Shown here: piece by piece, positions 28,821 through 39,473 of the stretch
How positions within the stretch are numbered: position 1 is the stretch's first letter
How the letters are laid out: each line of letters begins with the position of its first letter
Position numbers and translations under genes: made by a program
From: Haliotis cracherodii
Taxonomy: Eukaryota
Length of the DNA: 64,000 nt
Assembly: GCF_022045235.1 (NCBI RefSeq)
Contig: NW_027266275.1
Location: forward strand, 57,846,001 to 57,910,000
Reading direction: 5' to 3'
Notes under the pieces: model-generated
The model's database searches: none
Seen by the model: only the letters and a program-made list of their open reading frames with translations
What the model was told of the DNA's origin: nothing

Positions 28821-29519
28821 GTCCTTAGCTTGTCCAAGGAAGTCCTTAGCTTGTCCAAGGATGTCCTTAGCTTGTCCAAGGGAGTCCTTAGCTTGTCCAT
28901 GGATGTCCTTAGCTTGTCCTTAGCTTGTCCAAGGGTGTCCTTAGCTTGTCCAAGGATGTCCTTAGCTTGTCCAAGGATGTCCTTAGCTTGTCAAAGGGTG
29001 TCCTTAGCTTGTCCAAGGATGTCCTTAGCTTGTCCAAGGGTGTCCTTAGCTTGTCCAAGGGTGTCTTTAGCTTGTCCAAGGGTGTCCTTAGCTTGTCCAA
29101 TGATGTCCTTAGTTTGTCCAAGGGTGTCCTTAGCTTGTCCATGGATGTCCTTTGCTTGTCCAAGGATGTCCTTAGCTTGTCCAAGGATGTGCTTAGTTTG
29201 TCCATGGAAGTCCTTAGCTTGTCCAAGGGTGTCCTTAGCTTGTCCAAGGGTGTCCTTAGCTTGTCCAAGGGTGTCCTTAGCTTGTCCAAGGGTGTCCTTA
29301 GCTTGTCCTAAGATGTCCTTATCCAAGGGTGTCCTTAGCTTGTCCAGATGTCCTTAGCTTGTCCAAGGATGTCCTTAGCTTGTCCAAGGATGTCCATAGC
29401 TTGTCCAAGGGTGTCCTTTGCTTGTCCAAGGGAGTCCTTAGCTTGTCCATGGATGTCCTTAGCTTGTCCAAGGGTGTCCTTAGCTTGTCCAAGGATGTCC
29501 TTAGCTTGTCCAGATGTCC
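28821..29519. repeat. 21-bp minisatellite
   Basis: unit GTCCTTAGCTTGTCCAAGGRT, ~33 copies. Confidence 0.97.
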
Positions 29520-29954
29520 TGATGTCAGAGTTATGATGATTCAAATTATCCCAGGCATAGATCTGGTATTTGACATTTGTAGCTGATATCGGAAGATCCA
29601 TCCTGTAATCAGTCTGTCATTATAAGTTGAACTATTGTCTTGTCTAGCTGTTCTGCAGACAGGTCTCTTAAAGAATTCACCAGAGACAAATGTTGATGTG
29701 CCTGGTAATTTTACGCTCCTCTATAAGTTTGAAGTAGAATACATCATTTAAAGTCTTTAACTGAACCTCATGCTAGTCATAAGAGCTGGGGGCGGTGGGG
29801 TAGCCAAGTGGTTAAAGTGTTAGCTCATCATGGGGAGGCTGTGTTACTTGGCTTATTGTGGGTCATGATACCCCAGTGGAATGGATCCATACTCGAATAT
29901 CTACAGGTGCCGTGACAAGCAGATATAGTGCTGACTGTGGCGTATAACAACATT

Positions 29955-30180
29955 CACTCACTCACTCACTCACTCACTCACTCACTCCATTTCGTGTTTT
30001 TTGTTTGTCATTTTACCACAACACTCAACAATATTCCATTTCATAATTGAGTTTCGACCAATTTTACTCACTCACTCACTCACTCACTCACTCACTCACT
30101 CACTCCATTTCATGTTTTTTGTTTGTCAGTTTACCACAACACTCAACAATATTCCAGTACATAATTGAGTTTCAACCAAT
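29955..30180. repeat. ~115-bp tandem duplication spanning (ACTC)n and a SINE-B tail
   Basis: (ACTC)n-CATTTC-TGTTTTTTGTTTGTCA...CATAATTGAGTTTC-ACCAAT occurs twice. Confidence 0.85.
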
Positions 30181-31626
30181 CCAGTGATTGATATTATGAG
30201 CAACAAACCATGCTGTTGTGATACGATGACATGCTACGTAGCAAGACCCGGAGCATGATGACCCGATTCATTAAGTCACCTCTTACCTCACCCCTCAAGT
30301 CACCTCACAACCAACATATGTTACCGGGGATCAGTTCTGACCCAGAATCCCCATGGGGCCTCCACTCTAAACAACAAGATAAGACTATCAGATTCCCAAT
30401 AAGATGAGGAACAGCTAGTCTTGATCCTCAGTTACCTTGTTGCTGAATGTATGTGTATGTTTTCTTGATCTCATAATTTGTAGAGCCAAACTTGGCGCTG
30501 GGGAAAAAAGATTTGCAGAAACTATCACGATGTTGTTTGAGAGCAATATATTCTTCTCTGGAAACAAATATACACATACGGCGAATCTATTCTTGTGCAC
30601 AGATGCATTCACATACATTAAAAACACATACACACCTTGAAAAGCATGCATGTAGCTAGTGTGTGTTGACTCATTTGTGTTTCTTATACCAACAGGCTTG
30701 CGGACCCTTTACACAAATAATGCACATCTCGGCTTCCGAAACAAGATCACTTCATCAAATGCTCAAACTCCCAAACTGTGCTTCTTCTTGCAGTCTTTCT
30801 TGGGAAGGTTTAGCCTAAAGGTTATAGAGACATTGGTTGTTTGTGATGCATATCTATTTATGAAATTAAACCTTCACCATAAACATACATACACTTTTGA
30901 CAGGAATACATACTGAAACAAGTCAAGCTTTAGCAGTAGATGGCAGAAAGGCATTTTGAAAATACAAACAGTGGCATGATATTTATGGTAATGGCAAATG
31001 CTGGATTTGTGTTCGTATGGTGTTGGGAATGCAGAATTAGACATCAATGTTTGCCTGTTCGGGGGGGGGGGTGGGGGTCGTAAAACTTTATTGTTCTGTT
31101 GACTGGCTCAATCTTACAGAAAACTATATTCTCCTGGGGTTGCTCCCGAAAGCGATTAGCACAAAGGTGATCATAATGCCCATACTTTAACATAGACCAT
31201 GACTGTCATAGCGCTATGATTGCTTTGTGGAACCAGGGCCCTGGGTGGGAGACAGTAATGTCAGATCATTCTTTTACAGTTCTGAAATCCAGCTATTTGT
31301 GATTCACAGCACACTGTACAAAGCATATGTGTCAGCCAAGAACAGAAAACTCACTTTATCATATTCTACATTAAAAAAATCAAGACAAGGCCAGCCAAAG
31401 TTCAACTCTAACTCTTAGGGGATTGATTGCTTTATTGTCAATCAGACATTTGACAGACAGATCACAACAAGAGTCTCGTTTTTGGGTAATTTAATCAGAT
31501 ATTCACAGAGGCCTTTTGAGACCAGGTGTTGAGGTTGGAGGGATTGTGGCCTGATCATATTAGACTTCTTACACTGGGCACTGGATGCAGGCAGTCTGTC
31601 ATCTTGTACACTCACTATTCTGTAGT

Positions 31627-31906
31627 GAGTGAGTGAGTTGGGTTTTTAACGCCGCTTTTAACAGTATTCCAGTTATATCGCAGCGTGTCAGCTTAACGTG
31701 GGAGGAAAGCCTGAAGTGATGCAGGTCTCACATGTTTATCACTTCTGTGAAACCCATGAGCACAGGTATGGTGCTGACAAACCTAGAAATATAATCGGGA
31801 CCAACCGGGATTCGAACCCACAGTCATAGGTTTCTGGCATGCCCAAGAGACACAACTCTGAAAAGCGAATCGCAGCGCCTTAGACGACTGGGCCACCCGT
31901 GCCCCC
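31627..31906 (-). mobile_element. SINE family C
   Basis: reverse complement of the 33277 copy; TSD ACT(A/G)TTCTGTAGT. Confidence 0.9.
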
Positions 31907-32224
31907 ACTGTTCTGTAGTAGAGTGTGGGTTGTTCCATGCTCCGTGGACAAGAAGTAGAAGCTGTTGTATCTTGCTTTGTGGAGTTGTATCCCTGGGCTG
32001 CTAGATGTGCTGGTTGGGGGTTTGAATCCCAGACTCACCCAATTATGATTTGTAGGATCCAGATCCATGTTCATGTTTTTTTACCAAAATGGTAAGCATG
32101 AAAGATGTGAATCTCTTTGAGCTTTCCTGCCAGATTAAAACAAACTGACCATCATGAAATATCTGTTGTTTTGAACTCTAATACCATGTTGTTGTCATGC
32201 TGTGATGTTGTTAAATCTATTACC

Positions 32225-32835
32225 AAATTGTTGTCATATAGAGTTGTTGGGAAGTCCAACATTGCATTGTCATAAAGTGTTGTTGGAAGTCTAAAAAAAC
32301 ACATTGTCATACAGTGTTGTTGGAAGTCTAAAAAAACTCATTGTCATACAGTGTTGTTGGAAGTCTAAAAAAACACATTGTCATACAAGTGTTGTTGGAA
32401 GTCTAATATCACATTGTCGTACAGTGTTGTTGGAAGTGCAAGACCATGTGTTGTTGTACAGTGTTGTTGGAAGTCTAAGACCATGTGTTGTTGCACAGTG
32501 TTCTTGGAAGTCTAATATCACATTGTCGTACAGTGTTGTTGAAAGTGCAAGACCATGTGTTGTTGGAAGTCCAAGACCATGTGTTGTTGCACAGTGTTCT
32601 TGGAAGTCTAATATCACATTGTCGTGCAGTGTTGTTGGAAGTCCAAGACCATGTGTTGTTGTACAGTGTTGTTGGAAGTCCAAGACCATGTGTTGTTGTA
32701 CAGTGTTGTTGGAAGTCCAAGACCATGTGTTGTTGCACAGTGTTCTTGGAAGTCTAATATCACATTGTCGTACAGTGTTGTTGGAAGTCCAAGACCCTAT
32801 TGTTGTACAGTGTTGTTGGAAGTCTAAGACCCCGT
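32225..32835. repeat. 35-37-bp minisatellite with two unit variants
   Basis: CAGTGTTGTTGGAAGTCCAAGACCATGTGTTGTTGTA / CAGTGTTCTTGGAAGTCTAATATCACATTGTCGTA. Confidence 0.95.
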
Positions 32836-32848
32836 TGTTATGTTGCAG

Positions 32849-33040
32849 GTACACAACCTGGTGAATGTGCAGGTGTCGAGCCAGCACCGTCTGTCAGGCC
32901 AGAGTTATGAGTCAGGTGTGTCGTCCAGACAGAGCTACCATTCTACGTCCAGTTCCAGCCTCGGTAGTCTTGACCGTCTAGAGGAATCTGGGTACACTAG
33001 CACCATCAACGTGGCGGAACTATTCCATGCCGGAATGCAG
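32849..33040 (+). CDS. CASKIN: Caskin-like exon preceding SAM1, phase 0/0
   Basis: gttgcag|GTA...ATGCAG|gtgagt; 192 nt, VHNLVNVQ...SSSSLGSLDRLEESGYTSTINVAELFHAGMQ. Confidence 0.88.
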
Positions 33041-33276
33041 GTGAGTTAGCATCCCATCTGTGTGCAGTGACAGGTGCATAGCAAGCCAGTTGGTTCAATT
33101 CTTTTCTAACATTTCTGATTTTTAAAAATCCTTTTGAAACTTTGATTTTCTCCCTAACTCTTGACAAATTTGTTCAATCGACTTTAAACTCTTACCAAGA
33201 TTTTAATTTGTTGAGAAAAGAATTAGGACATAACGATCAGTTGAGGTTTTTTGTTTTTGTCTTTCACATTTCTTTT

Positions 33277-33567
33277 GGGGGACACGGGTGGCCCAGTCGT
33301 CTAAGGTGCCGCGATTTGCTGGGCAGAGTTGCGTCCCTTGGGCACGCCAGAAACCTATGATTGTGGGTTCAAATCCTGGTTCGCCCCGACTATGTTTCTA
33401 GGTTTGTCATCACCATAACCGTGCTCGTGGGTTTCACCAAAGTGGTAAACGTCTGAGACCTGCATCACTTTGGGCTTTCCTTCCACATTAAGGTGACACG
33501 CCACGATATAACTGGAATACTGTTAAAAGTGACGTTAAACCCAACTCACTCACTCACACTCACTCAC
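33277..33567 (+). mobile_element. SINE family C
   Basis: full-length copy; possible TSD ATTTCTTT. Confidence 0.9.
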
Positions 33568-33739
33568 ATATATTTCTTTCCTTAAAAAAAGTCATTTCCA
33601 TTGTTATAAATAAAAATAATTATATCCGTACAGGCAGACCAGAAGACTTTCATGGATTTTTACAGGACGGCAACTAGCCAATCAAATAGCTAGCTTATTT
33701 AGTGAGTAATGATAAATAATTATACGTTTGTATTTCTAG

Positions 33740-33850
33740 GACCATGAGGTGCTCCACGCATGGCTGTGTGACCTGAAGTTTGAAGAGTACTATGACAAGT
33801 TCAGCCAAGCTGGATACGACATGCCCACCATATCACGCATGACTCCTGAG
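33740..33850 (+). CDS. CASKIN: Caskin SAM1 domain, first exon
   Basis: tttctag|GAC...CCTGAG|gtaagt; DHEVLHAWLCDLKFEEYYDKFSQAGYDMPTISRMTPE matches the Caskin SAM1 signature AGYDxPTISRMTPE. Confidence 0.96.
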
Positions 33851-34163
33851 GTAAGTCACATGACTCCTGACAGTAAGTCGCAGCTGAATTTGTTGTACAA
33901 TATTTTACTACCTTGTGAATATTTTTTTCTATGTTCTGCAATTTATGAAATTAAGAGTGGTTTGGGGTCTTTAAGGACCTACGGCATTTGTATTTAGTGT
34001 CAACCCTGAATCTTAAACTTTTAACATTGGGGTTATGACAAAGATTTTCATGCTTAATTTCGAACAATGTTCTGTGTGCATTATCTTAAATACGTAGTGC
34101 AGGCAGATCCTTGAATTAAAAAAGTTTGAAGTTAACAAAAACACATACAGGTTGACACATAAG

Positions 34164-34620
34164 TAGGGGTGACTATTGGTCTGGAAATGCGATAACTATT
34201 GATATTGAAAGAAACTATTGTGATAAATATCGATAGATTTCAGTGTATCATTTTAGATGGATTTTAGAGTTGAATTAAACCTTGGAACTGAAGTTTCCTT
34301 TGATTGTGATAACCCTAACAACAAATAAAAAGTAAAGTTTGAAATATGACCGATTTGTTTTGTTTTTTACTCAAATAATTAAAGAAAAAGAAACTTCCAC
34401 ATTGCCATGTGTAAATTACTACCACTCATGATCCAAAGAAAAATAAATTTGAACAGCATTGCATGTATTTTATTGATATGGTAAATAAAATCGAAACTAT
34501 CGATATCCCTAACTGAAATCGATACTATTGATCGGAAACTGATTTAACAATTGATTTATTGTCTTTTAAGTGCTTACCAATAGGAATATGTCAATATTTC
34601 GATTTATCGTCACACACCTA
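34164..34620. mobile_element. hAT-like MITE
   Basis: ends TAGGGGTGA.../...TCACACACCTA; perfect 8-bp TSD CACATAAG; many ATCGAT-like subterminal motifs. Confidence 0.85.
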
Positions 34621-34938
34621 CACATAAGGTGTCTGAAAGTGCATTTGTGCATTTTCTGGGGGGATGGGAGAAGGGGGTGCCTTCGGGAACCACCGATGAG
34701 TGCTAGGATACCACAGTTGTAACAGTGTTTGATGGTCACTCTGAAGCCTACCTAGGTTCACATCAGTATAAATGTGTGAAGCTCATCCTTGTTGTCTTCA
34801 GCAGTGTGATGTTTTGTGCTGAACAAAACGTTAAACTATGACAACTCGCTTATTATCTAGACAACTGAAATATGCAATACACACATCGTGAAGATGCTGA
34901 ACTGTAGATAATGTAAGTATGGTATGTTGTCTTTGCAG

Positions 34939-35040
34939 GATTTGACAGCTATTGGGATTACCAAGCCAGCGCATCGGAAGAGGTTAAAAGCTGAGATAGC
35001 ACGCATGAATATTCATGATGGAATACCCGATTTCAAACCG
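34939..35040 (+). CDS. CASKIN: Caskin SAM1 domain, second exon
   Basis: tttgcag|GAT...AAACCG|gtatgt; DLTAIGITKPAHRKRLKAEIARMNIHDGIPDFKP (cf. Caskin DLTAIGVTKPGHRKK). Confidence 0.96.
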
Positions 35041-35532
35041 GTATGTAAACATGCAGAACATGCTGTGTAAAGATCTACATGGAGATTGTCAAACCCTGCC
35101 CATCTGTAAGCCTTGATTGTGTAACAATGAAAACCTGTTACGTGAGACACTGTCAACCTCGCCTTCTGGGCCATTGTGATGGGAATGTCATGTAATTGAA
35201 GGTGGTGGAACAGGACCGGCAAATTGGCAGTCCCAGCGAATATGTTTCATTTAGGTAGTTTAAAGATCACATGTATCTTCTGACTCCAATTTTATGCCTG
35301 ACAGTTGATAACCCCAACAAACCGGAGACAATGTCTCAAGTTCACACATGGCGCTGATTATGCAGTCTAGACCTGGACTTAAGCCGGGTTCCAAACCAGG
35401 GAGCACACTGCCCACTCACTCAAACTATATATCTGTGCTGGGGAAGATCATTATGGAGTAGTTTGGTAGTGAAATTCCCTCCACATCAGTTTAACCCATT
35501 AAGGTTTGCCTTAAGTCTTATAAGTCCGAACA

Positions 35533-35814
35533 GGGGTCATGGGTGGCCCAGTCGTCTTAGGCGCTGTGATTTGCTGGGCAGAGTTGCGTCCTTTGGGCAC
35601 GCCACAAATCTATGATTGTGGGTTCAAATCCCGGTTCGCCGGTTATGTTTCTAGGTTTGTCAGCACCATACCCGTGCTCATGGGTTTCACCGAAGTGGTA
35701 AACGTCTGAGACCTGCATCACTTTGGGCTTCCCTCCCACATTAAGCTGACACACCGTGATATAACTGGGATACTGTTAAAAGAAGCATTAAGCCCAACTC
35801 GCTAACTCACTCAC
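35533..35814 (+). mobile_element. SINE family C
   Basis: full-length copy between the SAM1 and SAM2 exons. Confidence 0.9.
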
Positions 35815-36987
35815 TATCAGGGACACAGGGATAGATTTTCTGATGTTCTGTACATAGTACTGTGATAGTGTATATAGCGTCTGAATGGATTTGGGGATTA
35901 ATGGATCGGGTGGTCAGGTTCGGTGACTTGTTTGATTACATGTCATTGTGCCCCTATGGCATGGATCATTGCACACAATATTTATCATTGGATTGTCTGG
36001 TCCAGACTCTATTATTTACAGACCGACACAATATAGCTAGAATATTGCTGAGTCCTCGTTAAAAAACAGTAGTAAACAATTATATCTGTAAGAGACATGT
36101 TTTCCTGAAATGTAATGAAACTGTTACCATGGTTTCTGACTCACACGAAGTGGCCTGTGTTCATCCGTGTGTGGAGAAGAAATGTCATCTACAGCTAGTG
36201 GTTTAACAGATAGAACACAGGTGTTCACTTGCCTCATGTATAATAATATTAGCATAGCTTAGTGTATATAAGAGAGCTCCATGTTAGGTTGTACCACATA
36301 CATTAGGCAGAGCTGGCCGGAGGATGTGGAGGGCCTTGGACCTTGGGTCTTGTTTATTTCACTTTGGTGGACTTTGTGTTGTGCTGAGCTGATGGTTGAG
36401 TTTGATGTAAAGTTCCAAGTAGAGGAAATTCACTTTGAGCAAGGGTTTAATACCAGCATTTCCACAGCAATTCAACTTCAGATTTTGGAATTTAAAACTT
36501 GATGTTTTTTCCTGTTTGTAGACTTGAGAAAGAATCGTTGCACAGCAATTCAGCTCTGACATTTGGAACGTATTGCTTACCTGATTTTCCTGTTTGTTTA
36601 ACTTGAGAAACATAAGCAACTTTTCAAAATTGTTCTGAAAATTGAAAGTTTTTCACCTTCAAAGCAGGTTTAGGCTCATCTGTTTTGTTGTTTGGCTAAA
36701 GTAAACCTGCTTTTCCTGTGAAGAGTGTTTAGTGAAGAACATGATCTCTCGTTAGTTTGACAGTGTTAAACTGGTTGGCTGTGAAGCTGCCTTGCTGGTT
36801 CTCTATATAGACACGTCTGTTCAGACCCCCCCTGCTTGTAGGCCTGTACAACTAGACTGGCATCCTGCTGGTGTAGACAGGAGTGGTCACGCTGCCGAGG
36901 CGAACACCCGACCTACAGGGCCAACACACCTCCTGACATGAGGACATTTGACACGCACATTTCACGTTCCTTTCACATGCATTGCAG

Positions 36988-37126
36988 AATGACATGCTAG
37001 AGTGGCTGCATCTACTGGGCCTCGGACAATACTGCCAGACATTGACCGGCCAGGGTTACGACAACATCGACTTCGTCACCGACATCACTTGGGAGGACCT
37101 AGAGGAAATTGGCATTCAAAAACTAG
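36988..37126 (+). CDS. CASKIN: Caskin SAM2 domain exon, phase 0/1
   Basis: attgcag|AAT...CTAG|gtcagt; [47 protein letters not shown]. Confidence 0.96.
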
Positions 37127-39239
37127 GTCAGTAAATATTTACGTAGTCATTTTCATTTTCAATTCCAAAACAGGTTTAAGGTACATTGTTAAACCTGTAT
37201 AGGAGTGGTTATTGTGTTAAAATAGAAAGCTTACCTTCACATAGTCTGTTGATGTGAGCTCTGTTTGGAGGTAAGGCTATGATCATTTCTTGTACTTTCT
37301 TGCATATATATATATAGGCTGGTGTAATTGCTGTTGCTAAATTTCTTAAGCGTCATGTTTGGAATGGATGAAGGTATTCCTATCTCCCCAGGGAAAGATA
37401 AAGAGAACTTATGTCTGTCTGTTTGAACACTGGAAAGAATTAACAGACATGAATTCAGTTGGTGCTGTTGCAGCTGCTGTGGTTATCGCTGTTAGATTGT
37501 AGCCATGTTCATTCTCTGCCCTTGTACAAATTTATCTATCTATAACACAGCTGTTAGTAAAGGTTATATATTCACATTTGCACCTGGGCTTCTGTTGAGA
37601 TAATATTAAACCTTTGAGGACCTTTCTGTAAAGCTGGCACTAAATCTGTATCGAAACAAATTAGCAATGTAAATATTTTAGATAAGAATTTGTGTTTGTT
37701 TTATTTTGGGGAATTAATTCTTTATGGTTTTTATTTAGTTATACACATCAGTGATGATGATTAACTGGTTGTTTATTCCTTGCGTTAAGACTGGAAGGTA
37801 AAAAATCTGTCTAAACTGCTTGTATAAGTGAAGGGAAAGTCTTGCATCAAATATCGCTAGACGCCTTCCTCATGCCAAGTCAGTCTGAAGATTGACAAGC
37901 TTTAAGACCCAGCAGTTGTTGTCTGTGGGGTATGATTCAGGTGTTATGCTTGGCGCACAGCTGGACTGGGTTTGTTTTAATACATAATGGACCCAGCTAT
38001 TGTAATCAGGGATGTAGTGATACCATCATTTGCTGATCCAGTAGAGAATGACAGGTTTTATCCTTGCATCATCCTGGAAATACCACCCTCATCTACAACG
38101 AGGGCTTCGGCATGGTTTCGGGTTTGTTTGAGCTTCACTGGGAGACATGTGCTAAAACAATTGCATTTTTCCTAAAATAAGTCAACACGTTCACAGTAGA
38201 TCTGTCTTCTTGAAAAGATTACCGTTTTCATGTTTTGGATGAGGTATTTTTACAAATGTTGAAGGTTGTCAGTGATTAACAAAAAACTCACTATGTATGT
38301 TACCGACTTATAATCACCTGAGGGAATTGTGGTGGGATGATTACAGAGTTATCTCCCTTTAACACAGATCAATTATGATAGACAGCTGTGCAGGGGATCT
38401 GTGCTTGAAATATTTTACCCGGTTTTGCAATATGAACATGTATACAATTATTTCAGATTTGCTTTTTATTCTCTTAAATAGGTTCAAGTTGTTGAAGATA
38501 AACTGAAGTAACCAATTTTATGGATGGTTATTTTCTTTAAAAAATTGTTTGTTTAGGGGGTAGTGAAGTGTGAAGAAGAATTATGATAGACGAACGGCAG
38601 CATTGTGATGAAACATTTGAAATTGTTTTGGCAAGGCTCCAGCCCCATAAGGGCCAACGTTATGTGTAGTGAGCTGGTACCCTTGATCTAGTGATGAGTT
38701 AGATGATGGCTATATATATCCACCCCCTCCTGGGTAATGTAGGAAGTGATAAGGCTGGAGCTACCTTGCAGGGCCAGATAAGATGACCGCAATAGGAAGA
38801 TGGGGGATGTAATTTGAAGCCATGTTATCGGGCTGTAGCACCCTGGCCTGCATGGTGGCAGGGCGCAGTGACGAACATACTGACTACAGTTACATAGCAA
38901 TAAACTTGAGATGGCACAGATAATTTTCATTTATTTGAGATTTGAAAAAAAAAGATTTTGACATATTTTTCAGAATTTGTTTTGTTTTTTTAATGAATTT
39001 GACCTCGTAACATTTGATGATATGTGGAATTAGTTGTGTTTGTAATGTGTGCAGAGGAACGTGTGTTAAGAAGGAGAAAAGGGTGTCACAAATGGGAATT
39101 AAGATTAGTAATTTCTTCGTTTCTCAGAGATAAAAACATTTGAACTGAATCTCTTTTCTTAAACTAAGGGTGGTGGGGGAGCATAGTGGTTAATGCATTT
39201 GCTTTTCATAAAGTAGGCCCAGGTTTGATTCTCAGTATC

Positions 39240-39319
39240 GGGACCATATGTGAAGCCTATTTCTGTTTGATGTCATGATGGGACCATATGTGAAGCCTAT
39301 TTCTGTTTGATGTCATGAT
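39240..39319. repeat. 40-bp exact tandem duplication within a decayed SINE A
   Basis: GGGACCATATGTGAAGCCTATTTCTGTTTGATGTCATGAT x2. Confidence 0.9.
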
Positions 39320-39473
39320 ATTGCTGCTATAACCATACTCGTTCAAATTTTGCTGTTGATGAGATGTGATGTGAGGAGTTTTCAAATGTCCTGAGATGAT
39401 GCTAGGATTGTTAAAAATGTTTGAATACTCTTTCATTTTACTCTACTCTACATATTCTGTTTTGGCGTTCCAG

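Noticed and set aside
28715-29601. Long overlapping ORFs on both strands (SLACPRV, VLSLSKD, DKLRTPL, GQAKDTL repeats)
   Set aside because: Artefact of a 21-bp unit (multiple of 3) lacking stops in four frames; no splice or compositional support
32304-32887. Cys-rich 168-186-aa ORFs
   Set aside because: Translations of the 35-37-bp minisatellite
34225-34510. TATCGATA (DRE-like) promoter elements
   Set aside because: They are subterminal motifs of the hAT-like MITE within an intron
36811-36987. GC-richer stretch upstream of the SAM2 exon as an extended exon
   Set aside because: Upstream AGs give an in-frame stop or a frameshift; no independent support
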